This document shows, piece by piece, positions 1 to 8,625 of a DNA stretch of 64,000 nucleotides; the stretch's first letter is position 1; each line of letters opens with the position of its first letter. Both the position numbers and the translations under genes were made by a program. A model generated the notes under the pieces. The model was not told where the DNA came from, searched no databases, and saw only the letters and a list, made by a program, of their open reading frames with translations. The DNA lies in NCBI GenBank assembly GCA_963664395.2, contig OY761159.2:768001-832000 (forward strand). Reading direction: 5' to 3'. Source of the stretch: Candidatus Binatia bacterium. Lineage in GTDB: Bacteria; Desulfobacterota; Binatia; Bin18.

Positions 1-90
1 ATCACGCTCTTTGAGGATGACAGCATCATCCGTTTCTTCTAACCGCTCAATACAATGCTGCTTCAGAATAGTCTCCAGTTGAGCAATCAA
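1..90 (-). CDS. 5' part of a hypothetical protein running off the window edge; probable partner of the upstream ATPase
   Basis: Open frame from TTG at 90 (or in-frame GTG at 96): MIAQLETILKQHCIERLEETDDAVILKERD. It starts just after the ATPase stop, with GGTGGAG upstream. Confidence 0.5.
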   Translation of the reverse strand, partial: MIAQLETILKQHCIERLEETDDAVILKERD

Positions 91-97
91 CTCCACC

Positions 98-1468
98 TCA
101 CTTTTCCCCCTTATGCTTCAGTCGGAATCCGAGTTCATTGGAAACCTTATTGATCTCGTGAATCGTCGTGTCAAAGACCGGCATATCAATGCCGTATTTT
201 TCAATCGTACACCGGGTCAGGCTGTTGTTTTCCGCTACATATGCCCGAACCGAATCGGGTTTCAGAAAGTCGTGCTCTGAATACTTGTATTTTTTCAGCA
301 CCTTGGGTTTGTCTTTGAAGGACTCGCTCAGCATGAGCAGGTTGTTGATTTCCTTGACGATGTAGTCGCTGTGGGTCGTAATCAGGACTTTCAGCCCGGC
401 GTGTACTGCGTGCGCTAATAGGCGCGTGAACTGAATCTGATTGGCTGTGTCCAGATGGCTTTCCGGCTCGTCTATGATGAGAAGCTGATTCTCCTCCGCG
501 ACGTGGCGCAGAAAGAAGTATAAATCGGACAGGCCACGGACTGAGGAAGACGCGATATGCAGAGGAATATCAAAGCCGCCTTTCCGTGCCTTTGACTTGA
601 AGCGGATATCGTCATCGGAGGCCGTATAAGAGCCTCCCAGCATATCTCTAATATCGTTGAACAATTTAGAATCGTATATTTTACTTCGGTTCTTTTTCAA
701 ATCGGGAATGCTTCTGGTGTAGTCGATATTGTCCTTGATCGGCAGAGCATATCGACTGGCCATCTTGTCGATTATCGAGAATGGAAGGAACCTATCCCTT
801 TCCCTGTCTTTTCCGATTTCCTGAAGTGCCTCCACCAAGCGATTCTTTGTAAAGTCGAGCTCCTTATAGAAGAGCGAGATGCCAAAACGCTCGGTAGAGA
901 GAATGAACGGTTCGAGAAATTCTGGAAAAAGAAACGAAAAATAAAAATGTGATAAAGCCAGGGAAAGGAGATTCTTGGGAAGAGGTTTTCTGCCTCCCTT
1001 GATTCTCTCTATAAACATATTACTGCCGATATATTTTAGCGCAAATTCATCTTCCGTAATAAATTCGAGAGTTTTACTCGGTAATTCGAGAAATCTGTCT
1101 TCGATCACGACTTCAATGGACGCGTCTTCAAAGTCATCGGAAGAAGAGCTGAACACTTCCGGCAAGACTTCTTTTGAGAATGCCTGAGCCACTTTAGGAG
1201 TCATTTCTCGACGTATCTCGTTAATCATCTCTTGATTCATGGGCGATATCGCCCGGTCATTTTCTACGACCGTCTTGGCAAGCTCTTCCATTCCCTCTTC
1301 CGCCCCTGGAGGGTGGAGCCGCCCTAACGACCACGCCCTAAGAAACCCATACAACGCATACGCCACATACGTCTTACCGGTGTTATTCCGACCGGCAATG
1401 ATCGTCAGATCGCCCAATTCCAATTCGGCTTCGTTTATGGGGCCGAGATTCTTGAATATGAACTTCAT
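98..1468 (-). CDS. ABC/AAA_15-AAA_21-type ATPase (AbiEii/OLD-like)
   Basis: N-terminal KNLGPI, Walker A GRNNTGKT, signature-like ASSSVR, Walker B IIDEPESHL, H-loop TTHS. Start trimmed to ATG 1468 with GGAG upstream. AT-richer than its flanks. Confidence 0.85.
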   Translation of the reverse strand: MKFIFKNLGPINEAELELGDLTIIAGRNNTGKTYVAYALYGFLRAWSLGRLHPPGAEEGMEELAKTVVENDRAISPMNQEMINEIRREMTPKVAQAFSKEVLPEVFSSSSDDFEDASIEVVIEDRFLELPSKTLEFITEDEFALKYIGSNMFIERIKGGRKPLPKNLLSLALSHFYFSFLFPEFLEPFILSTERFGISLFYKELDFTKNRLVEALQEIGKDRERDRFLPFSIIDKMASRYALPIKDNIDYTRSIPDLKKNRSKIYDSKLFNDIRDMLGGSYTASDDDIRFKSKARKGGFDIPLHIASSSVRGLSDLYFFLRHVAEENQLLIIDEPESHLDTANQIQFTRLLAHAVHAGLKVLITTHSDYIVKEINNLLMLSESFKDKPKVLKKYKYSEHDFLKPDSVRAYVAENNSLTRCTIEKYGIDMPVFDTTIHEINKVSNELGFRLKHKGEK

Positions 1469-1518
1469 GGTGGTATCTCCACGGTGTAGTTTGCGTGTTT
1501 CCCTCTCTCTAAGGAAGA

Positions 1519-1552
1519 CCCTCACCCTAGCCCTCTCCCAGAGGAAGAGGGG
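1519..1552. repeat. REP-like palindromic element
   Basis: CCCTCACCCTAGCCCTCTCCCAGAGGAAGAGGGG. The first 21 bp are the exact reverse complement of 29092-29112. Confidence 0.7.
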
Positions 1553-1651
1553 ATAGGAGCCTAGTTTCAATCTACCGAGCGTACAGAACAAGCTTCTCTC
1601 TTGGCCCCAGCGACCCAAGATGCTATGGCCCAAGAAAAAGGAGGATACTGT

Positions 1652-2044
1652 ATGAGCGCATCTGACGCGGCCTCAGCGGCACGAGTGGCTACGAGTTCGT
1701 ACGCCGAAGCCGACCCGCAACTGTACGCCTTTCTCGACTGGATGGAGCAGCAAGACCCCGACTATGCCAAGGCGTTCCGAGCCTATGGCGAGAAGGGCAC
1801 CGGCGAGGGTCAGGCCCTTGCGGTCAAATACCGTGAAATGGTCATGACCGCCATTCTGGTGTTCGCGGGCCGCAAGGAAGGAGCCGTGGCCCATCTCAAA
1901 CGGGCCATCGAACACGGAGCCACAAAGCGTGAACTGTTCGAGGCCGGCCAATCCGCGGCCATTCCCGGCGGCGGCATCACCTTGGGCCTGTGGATGCAAA
2001 TCCTCACCCAACTCGATAGCGAAGGCGCTTTTATCAACGGCTAG
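1652..2044 (+). CDS. carboxymuconolactone decarboxylase/AhpD-like protein
   Basis: KYREMVMTAIL...HLKRAIEHGATKRELFEA pattern. GGAGG RBS before ATG 1652. Confidence 0.8.
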   Translation: MSASDAASAARVATSSYAEADPQLYAFLDWMEQQDPDYAKAFRAYGEKGTGEGQALAVKYREMVMTAILVFAGRKEGAVAHLKRAIEHGATKRELFEAGQSAAIPGGGITLGLWMQILTQLDSEGAFING

Positions 2045-2060
2045 GTAAGGAGGGAGTCCT

Positions 2061-2576
2061 ATGGCACAAGCAGTGACAGCACCGTCCGAGCCGGTCCACC
2101 CCCAGACCCGCATCGGCCATATTCATCTGACGGTGACCGACCTGGAGCGCTCCTTAGCCTTTTACCGCGATCTGTTGGGCTTTGAGGAGACCATGCGTTA
2201 CAAGGATTCGGCCGTGTTTCTGTCCGCCGGCGGCTATCATCACCACCTGGCGCTGAATACCTGGGCCGGACCGGAGGCCAGCCCACCCCCGCCCGGACAT
2301 ACCGGGCTGTACCACTTTGCCATTCTCTACCCCAGCCGTCGGGAACTGGCCCGGGCGGTAAAGGCGCTGCAACAGGCTGACTACCCGCTGCAAAATACCT
2401 CCGACCACGGCGTATCCGAGTCCGTCTACCTGGCTGACCCGGACGGCAATGGGGTGGAACTGTCGGTTGACCGGCCGCCCGAGACCTGGCCCCGCGACAC
2501 GCAGGGCAATATTCAGGCCGGTCGCGGGAAGGTAGACCTGGACGCCTTACTGGCCGAGCTGGAAGAAAGGGCCTAG
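2061..2576 (+). CDS. VOC/glyoxalase family protein (CatE-like)
   Basis: IGHIHLTVTDL, GGYHHHLALNTW, GLYHFAIL, DHGVSESVYLADPDGNGVEL. Confidence 0.88.
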   Translation: MAQAVTAPSEPVHPQTRIGHIHLTVTDLERSLAFYRDLLGFEETMRYKDSAVFLSAGGYHHHLALNTWAGPEASPPPPGHTGLYHFAILYPSRRELARAVKALQQADYPLQNTSDHGVSESVYLADPDGNGVELSVDRPPETWPRDTQGNIQAGRGKVDLDALLAELEERA

Positions 2577-2578
2577 GC

Positions 2579-3766
2579 ATGGATTTCAAATTCAGCCCGG
2601 AAGACGAAGCCTTTCGGCAGGAATGCAGAAGCTGGCTCGAACACAACATCCCCCACGACTGGCGGGACGACGAGGAATTACACGACCCCGACACCAGGGA
2701 AGAATTCGAGCGTCGCCGTGCCTGGCATCGTCAGTTATATGACGACGGCTGGATGTGTATTCACTGGCCCCAAGAGTATGGCGGACGCGGCGCCAGCCTC
2801 ATCCAGCAAGTCATTTACAATCAGGAACTCGACCGCGCCAAGGCGCCGCCCACGGTCAATTTTCAGGGCATCGCGCGGGTGGGACCGACGCTGATGCAGT
2901 GGGGCACGCCGGAACAGAAGCAGCGCTATATCCCCAGGATTCCGCCGGCTGAAGAAATCTGGTGCCAGGGCCTGTCCGAGCCCGACCACGGCTCCGACCT
3001 GGCCGCGGTGGAGACGCGGGCGGTTGACCGGGGCGACCACTTCCTGGTCAACGGTTCCAAGGTCTGGACCTCCAACGCTCACCGCGCCGACTTCACCACC
3101 CTGCTGTGTCGGACCGATCCCGACGCGCCCAAGCATAAGGGCCTCAGCTATCTGCTGGTCGATATGAAAAGCCCCGGCATCACCGTGCGGCCGCTGGTCC
3201 AGATGACCGGCGAGAGCGGCTTCAACCAGGTGTTTTTTGATGATGTCCAGGTCCCGATGGCCAATCTCGTCGGCGAGAAGAACCGGGGCTGGATGGTCGC
3301 CATGACCAATATGATGTTCGAGCGCACGATACACGGCGGGCGCACCGACATGATGGTCGAGGTCAGACAGCTCACCGAACTGGCAAAAAAAGTAGACCGG
3401 GGCGGTCGCCCGGCCTGGCAGGATAGCTATGTGCGGCAACGCCTGGCCGGCTTCGCCTGCGAGGCCGCCGCGCTCAAGTACACCAGTTTCCGGCAGCTCA
3501 CCAGCCAGCTCAAAGGGCTGCCGCCCGGGCCGGAAGGCTCGATGATGAAGCTCGGCACGAGCGGCCTGAACCTGCGCATGCAGGACTTTGCCATGGAGCT
3601 GCTGGGCCCCTATAGCCAGCTCGAATATCAGGCCAGCGGCGCTATTGACCGCGGCAAATGGTCACATCGCATGCTGGCGGCGCGGCGCGGCACCATCGCG
3701 GCCGGGACCAATGAAATTCAGCACAACATCATCGGCGAGCGGGTGCTCGGGCTGCCCAAGGGCTGA
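2579..3766 (+). CDS. acyl-CoA dehydrogenase
   Basis: WCQGLSEPDHGSDLA, NGSKVWTS, FNQVFFDDV, AGTNEIQHNIIGERVLGLP. Confidence 0.93.
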   Translation: MDFKFSPEDEAFRQECRSWLEHNIPHDWRDDEELHDPDTREEFERRRAWHRQLYDDGWMCIHWPQEYGGRGASLIQQVIYNQELDRAKAPPTVNFQGIARVGPTLMQWGTPEQKQRYIPRIPPAEEIWCQGLSEPDHGSDLAAVETRAVDRGDHFLVNGSKVWTSNAHRADFTTLLCRTDPDAPKHKGLSYLLVDMKSPGITVRPLVQMTGESGFNQVFFDDVQVPMANLVGEKNRGWMVAMTNMMFERTIHGGRTDMMVEVRQLTELAKKVDRGGRPAWQDSYVRQRLAGFACEAAALKYTSFRQLTSQLKGLPPGPEGSMMKLGTSGLNLRMQDFAMELLGPYSQLEYQASGAIDRGKWSHRMLAARRGTIAAGTNEIQHNIIGERVLGLPKG

Positions 3767-3856
3767 CTTGCCCCCTACTCCCGTGATGACAGAGGTGATA
3801 CCACACAACAGCCTGAGCAGCGATGAAAAAGCAGCACAAATCGGAGGGAGCTGACT

Positions 3857-4975
3857 ATGCGTGACGGATATAAAATTGTTGATACCGATTCTCATATGAT
3901 GGAGCCGGACTGGCTGTGGGAGCGGCATATGGAAGACGCGTATAAGTCCGAGGCGCCCCGGATGGGTGATGCGCCAGGGTCGGGACGCCGCACCTTTCTG
4001 GTTGAAGGCGAGTCGTTTACGCGCGAAAAGGGCAAATACCCGATGGCCGCCAAGGCGTTTCTGAAGGCGGCGTATAAGGCCATGGATCGCTTTGAGCGCG
4101 CCAAAGACACCGGCTTTAGCGCCAAAAGCCGGATCATGGACATGGACGAGCAAGGCGTAGATGTCCAGATTCTCTACCCGACCTATACCGGCCAGATGCT
4201 TGGCCGCGAGTTCCGCGACACCAAACTGCTGGCGGCCTGCTGCCGGGCCTATAATAACTGGGCCGCCGACTACACCTCCGAAGCGCCCGAGCGCCTGCGC
4301 TGGGCCGCGGCCCTGCCCATGCAGGAGCCGGAGGAGGCGATCAAAGAGGCCGAACGCGCCGCGGCAAACGGCTGCGTCAGTTATTATATGCGGCCCAACC
4401 CGGTCGGCGGCCGCACCCTGTGGCATGAGGACTATCATCCGCTGTGGGCAACCATCGAAAGGCTGGGCCGCCCGCTCTCAACCCATGACTCGGCTTCGGC
4501 CTCGGTGCCCTCGTTTGGCGATCGCATGGACACGCATACCAGCGGCCATATTTTATCCCATCCGTTTGAGGCCATGGCGGCCATGGCCGGTCTGATCTGG
4601 TTCGGTATCTTTGAAAAATTCCCCCAACTCAAAGTCATCCACGTTGAGGGCGACGGCGGCTGGACCCCGTACTGGCTGCAACGCATGGAGCAGCACTGGG
4701 AATTCAGCGGCAACGCTGAACATGAATATCTCACCCGGCCGCCGACGGAGTATTTTCGCAGCAATGTCTGCGTGGGCTTCCGGGGCGACGAGCCGACCAT
4801 GAAAGCCGCGGTCGAGCTGGTCGGCGACGATAATTTTACCTGGGACTCCGACTATCCACACCCGGACGGCACCTATCCCTGGGGCGTGCAAGCCATGCTC
4901 GATCAGCCCATTCCCGAAGAGTCGAAGCGCAAGATGTTCTGGGATAATGGGGCGCGCATTTTTAATTTAGCGTAG
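3857..4975 (+). CDS. amidohydrolase family protein (Amidohydro_2)
   Basis: VDTDSH metal motif, DMDEQGVD, RAYNNW, SDYPH. Confidence 0.9.
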   Translation: MRDGYKIVDTDSHMMEPDWLWERHMEDAYKSEAPRMGDAPGSGRRTFLVEGESFTREKGKYPMAAKAFLKAAYKAMDRFERAKDTGFSAKSRIMDMDEQGVDVQILYPTYTGQMLGREFRDTKLLAACCRAYNNWAADYTSEAPERLRWAAALPMQEPEEAIKEAERAAANGCVSYYMRPNPVGGRTLWHEDYHPLWATIERLGRPLSTHDSASASVPSFGDRMDTHTSGHILSHPFEAMAAMAGLIWFGIFEKFPQLKVIHVEGDGGWTPYWLQRMEQHWEFSGNAEHEYLTRPPTEYFRSNVCVGFRGDEPTMKAAVELVGDDNFTWDSDYPHPDGTYPWGVQAMLDQPIPEESKRKMFWDNGARIFNLA

Positions 4976-4997
4976 CGGCTGCTGAGGAGAAATACAC

Positions 4998-5801
4998 ATG
5001 GATTTTAGCGGTAAAGTCGGACTGGTGACGGGCGCGGCCTCGGGCATTGGACGCGCGACCGCACTGGGATTTGCCCAGCGTGGCGGTGCGGTTGCGGTCG
5101 CGGACATCAACGAAGAGAACGCCAACGCGGTGGTTGCCGAGATCACGGCAGCGGGCGGAAGGGCCATGGCGGTTATCGCCGATGTGACCCAACAGGCCGA
5201 CCTCGACCGGATGATTGCGACCACGACGGATGCCTTTGGCCGGCTCGATTTTCTGCATAATAATGCCTTTGGGCTGCCCGCGGCCCGGCCTGACAGTACG
5301 GTCATGGCCCGCACAGCCGACCTGGAAGATCGCGTCTGGGACAATACGATAGACCTGGGTTTGTCGTCGGTCTTTCACGCCATGAAGAAGGCGATTCCGG
5401 TCATGCGCCAGAACGGCGGCGGGGCCATCGTCAACACCGCCTCCATCTCGGGTCTGCGGGCCGATTACGGCATTGCCGCGTATAATGCCGCCAAGGCCGG
5501 CGTGATCAATCTCACCCGGGTGGTTGCCGTTGAGTATGCCCGCCACGGCATTCGGGCGAATTGCATTTGCCCAGGCGTCATCGATACCCCGCTGAATGCG
5601 TCTATGTTGGAACAGCCAGGATTTGCGGCGCGATTCAAGGCGGCTATTCCGCTGGGCCGACTTGGTACGCCGGAAGAAATGGCGAACGTTATTTTGTTCC
5701 TGGCCTCCGACTTGGCCTCGTTTGTGACGGGCGCGGCGTTTGTCGCCGACGGAGGGCAGACGGCAAAGACGGGCAGTCCATCGTTTCTGCCGGAGGGATG
5801 A
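4998..5801 (+). CDS. SDR family NAD(P)-dependent oxidoreductase
   Basis: TGAASGIG, NNA, YNAAK catalytic motif. Confidence 0.93.
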   Translation: MDFSGKVGLVTGAASGIGRATALGFAQRGGAVAVADINEENANAVVAEITAAGGRAMAVIADVTQQADLDRMIATTTDAFGRLDFLHNNAFGLPAARPDSTVMARTADLEDRVWDNTIDLGLSSVFHAMKKAIPVMRQNGGGAIVNTASISGLRADYGIAAYNAAKAGVINLTRVVAVEYARHGIRANCICPGVIDTPLNASMLEQPGFAARFKAAIPLGRLGTPEEMANVILFLASDLASFVTGAAFVADGGQTAKTGSPSFLPEG

Positions 5802-5852
5802 AAAAGCCCTGGCCCTCGCCCAAAAAAGGAAGGAATAAAAAAGGAGGACAAC

Positions 5853-6290
5853 ATGGCAGACAAGAGTATTGAGGCGCAGATGCAGGACATGATAGACCGC
5901 GAGGCGATTCGCAACCTGCCCTTGCAGTATTGTCACTGCGTGTGGCAACAGGATTTGGACGGGTACGTCAATCTCTTTACCGCAGACGGCTCGTTCTCGA
6001 TCGACGACCCCAGCCTGCCGGGCGCACAGGGCCACGCTGGCTTGCGCACCATGATCCAGGGTGGCCTGGCGATGCAGCCCCGGCCCTTCATCCATAACCA
6101 CGTCATTGAGCTGAGTGGGCCGGATCAGGCCACGGGGACGTGTTATGTAGAAGTCCACATGAACCGCGAGGGCAAAAAGTGGGAAATGAAGGGCTGGTAT
6201 AACGACGAGTACGCCAAGGTTGACGGCGAGTGGAAGTTCAAGTCGCGCCGGATCACGACCGACTCCTTTGGCCCCAAAGACGCAGCCTAG
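5853..6290 (+). CDS. SnoaL-like/NTF2 family protein
   Basis: DREAIRNL..QY...LFTADG...YNDEYAKVDGEWKFKSR. Confidence 0.85.
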   Translation: MADKSIEAQMQDMIDREAIRNLPLQYCHCVWQQDLDGYVNLFTADGSFSIDDPSLPGAQGHAGLRTMIQGGLAMQPRPFIHNHVIELSGPDQATGTCYVEVHMNREGKKWEMKGWYNDEYAKVDGEWKFKSRRITTDSFGPKDAA

Positions 6291-6303
6291 CGGAATCGAC
6301 AGC

Positions 6304-7137
6304 TCAGTCTCTGGGCACCTCAGCATACACGCGCTGCATGGTGTCCAGATGACCCTGCGCATCCAGACCGCCCCCGAGCGTGCGTAAACATATATGGCTC
6401 AGGCCGGCCCGTCGCCACCCGGACACCCGGTCGCGCCATTCCGCCTCTCGGGGACCGACCACAGCCACGCCGGCTTCGGTGCCGATATCCTGCGGACTCC
6501 GGCCGGCCGTCTCGGCGGCGCGCAGAATATCGGCCTGTATGGCCGGGAACTCTTCCGGCGTACACAGCACAAACCAACCATCGGCCAGACATCCGACCCG
6601 ACGCCGAATGCGCGGGATGGGCACACTCTGCGCGCCTATCCAGAGCGGGATCGGCCTTTGAATCGGCAACGGATTCAGACCGGCCCCTGACACTGTGTCC
6701 CAACGTCCGTCAAAGTCTACCGTGGGTTGCGTCCAGAGTTGCTTGAGGAGGGTCATCTGCTCCTCGCAGCGAGCCCCCCGCGTCTGAAAGTCCGCACCCA
6801 GGGCGCGGTATTCCTCAGCGCTGGGACCGACGCCTATCCCGAGACGCAGACGGCCGCCGGACAGCACGTCCAACTCCGCGGCCTGCTTGGCGACCAGCAC
6901 GGTTTGGCGCGAGGGCAGAACTATAACCGAAGGCACCAACTCGATCTTCTGCGTGATGGCCGCAACATAGGCCAGCAGCGTCAGCGGCTCATGCACATAG
7001 CCGCTATCGGGCCGGAGAACCTGATCCGGGACGCGCAAATGGGTGTAGCCCAACTCGTCGGCAGTCTGGGCAAATGCCTTGATCGCTCCTAAATCTCCCT
7101 GAAGTTCTCTTACCGGCAGTGAAATCCCAATCCGCAT
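6304..7137 (-). CDS. LLM-class (probably F420-dependent) oxidoreductase
   Basis: HEPLTLLAYVAA, AKQAAELDVLSGGRLRLGIGVG, PIPLWIG. Confidence 0.88.
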   Translation of the reverse strand: MRIGISLPVRELQGDLGAIKAFAQTADELGYTHLRVPDQVLRPDSGYVHEPLTLLAYVAAITQKIELVPSVIVLPSRQTVLVAKQAAELDVLSGGRLRLGIGVGPSAEEYRALGADFQTRGARCEEQMTLLKQLWTQPTVDFDGRWDTVSGAGLNPLPIQRPIPLWIGAQSVPIPRIRRRVGCLADGWFVLCTPEEFPAIQADILRAAETAGRSPQDIGTEAGVAVVGPREAEWRDRVSGWRRAGLSHICLRTLGGGLDAQGHLDTMQRVYAEVPRD

Positions 7138-7161
7138 AGCTCTCTCCTACGCATTCAACAC

Positions 7162-7579
7162 TTATAGACACAATTCCGCCAGGACGCGCAGGGCTTCAAC
7201 CTGATTCGTGCCAATAATCATGGTCGTAACGGGTGACGCTTTCCAGCGTGTGAGCTGCTCGGCGATACGCTCCTTGGGGCCGACCAGGGCGACGGCATCA
7301 ACCAGCTCATCGGGCACGGCCTCTTGCGCTTCTGCCTTCCGGCCCGAGAGATACAAATCTTGTAGTGATGTCGCCAGATCCGCATACCCAAAGTTCCGTA
7401 TATAGCTATTATAGAAATTCTTGCTGCGCGCCAACAAAGGCCAGAAAAGAGACGACATCCGACCCCCAGGCCTCACCGGTCCGGACCGAGTCAAACCCGA
7501 GCCGTTCGGCTTCAAGGACCACCTCCATGGTGTGTTGCATCTTCGGGCCTGAGTATCCGGTGACTAATCCGAGTCGCAT
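7162..7579 (-). pseudogene. internally deleted F420-dependent LLM oxidoreductase
   Basis: ATG 7579 gives MRLGLVTGYSGP...AERLGFDSVRTGEAWGSD. Near 7430 this joins out of frame to a C-terminus ARSKNFYN...IQDLYL-like...VPDELVDAVALVGP. The central part of the barrel is missing. Confidence 0.8.
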
Positions 7580-7653
7580 CGCACTCCCTCCTGTGGGTTC
7601 GGACTATAGCGTTCACCCGCCGAAGAGACAAAGGGAGACTGTGGAGAGACTAC

Positions 7654-8517
7654 TTACACCCGTACGTCTTCGACCGTGCTGCGGCGCAACTCACGCCGCT
7701 GGGAAAGATCGTAACGGCGGCCGCGATGCAGCACAGCCCGGTTGTCCCAGATCACCAAATCGCCCGGACGCCAGGTATGGCGATACACAAATTGACGTTG
7801 CGTCGCATGCTCTAAAAGATCAGCGAGTAAGAGCCGCCCTTCCGGGACGGGCCGTTCCAGAATGCGAGCGGCATGCGCCCCGATAAAGAGTGTCTTCCGC
7901 CGGGAGCCCGGATGAGTACGGACGACGGGCCATTCCACGCTCGGATACTTGGCCAGATCTTCCGGCGTGTATTGCCGGTCGCCGAGCCGGACACGCGAAT
8001 GAAAGGCGGAGTGTTCGGCTATAAGCCCCTCGATCTCAGCCGTGACCTCGTCCGGCAAAGCAGCGTAGGCCGCACGCATATCAGCGAACTCGGTTTCGCC
8101 TCCTTGTTCGGGGAGGATACAAGCCAACAAGAGCGAATACTTCGCGGATGGTTGCTTGAACGAGCTGTCGCTGTGCCAGAGCTGATTGGCAAGCATAGTA
8201 ATCAGGCGAGGATCGTCCCGCGCCAGGATTTGGCTTTCGAGATCAACGTTGGAGATGTCGATCATTCCGGCCTCTTTGAATCGACTCCGCCGCTGCAACA
8301 CCTTGAGCAGCCCCATATCAACGGGACCGAGCGCGCGGGTAAACGCCATCTGCTGGGATTCATCCAGGACTTGATCGCGGAAGACCAGAACAGCGAACTC
8401 ATCCATGGCAGCCTCTATCTCGGCTGCTAAGTCTGCATCAGTTGGTTGCCGCAGGTCCAGCCCTTGGGCTTCAGCAACGAACAGTGGATGCAATGGAGAC
8501 AAGGTTAGGGTTTGCAT
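7654..8517 (-). CDS. TauD/TfdA family 2-oxoglutarate-dependent dioxygenase
   Basis: WHSDSSF (HxD), GGETEFAD, WDNRAVLHR, RELRR. Confidence 0.92.
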   Translation of the reverse strand: MQTLTLSPLHPLFVAEAQGLDLRQPTDADLAAEIEAAMDEFAVLVFRDQVLDESQQMAFTRALGPVDMGLLKVLQRRSRFKEAGMIDISNVDLESQILARDDPRLITMLANQLWHSDSSFKQPSAKYSLLLACILPEQGGETEFADMRAAYAALPDEVTAEIEGLIAEHSAFHSRVRLGDRQYTPEDLAKYPSVEWPVVRTHPGSRRKTLFIGAHAARILERPVPEGRLLLADLLEHATQRQFVYRHTWRPGDLVIWDNRAVLHRGRRYDLSQRRELRRSTVEDVRV

Positions 8518-8625
8518 GGGATTCCCCTCCTGAAGAACACCCGGCCCTGCCTGGTGGGGTCCGGGGCCGCCTTTTGCCCGACCAGGTCGAGTATGCCCGC
8601 CCGAGATCGGTTTGAGAAGCGGTCC

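Noticed and set aside
4962-6362. Long antisense ORFs (also 8815-10161, 21974-23104, 34796-36109, 41149-42141)
   Set aside because: Shadow frames of well-supported genes in GC-rich DNA, with no recognisable motifs.
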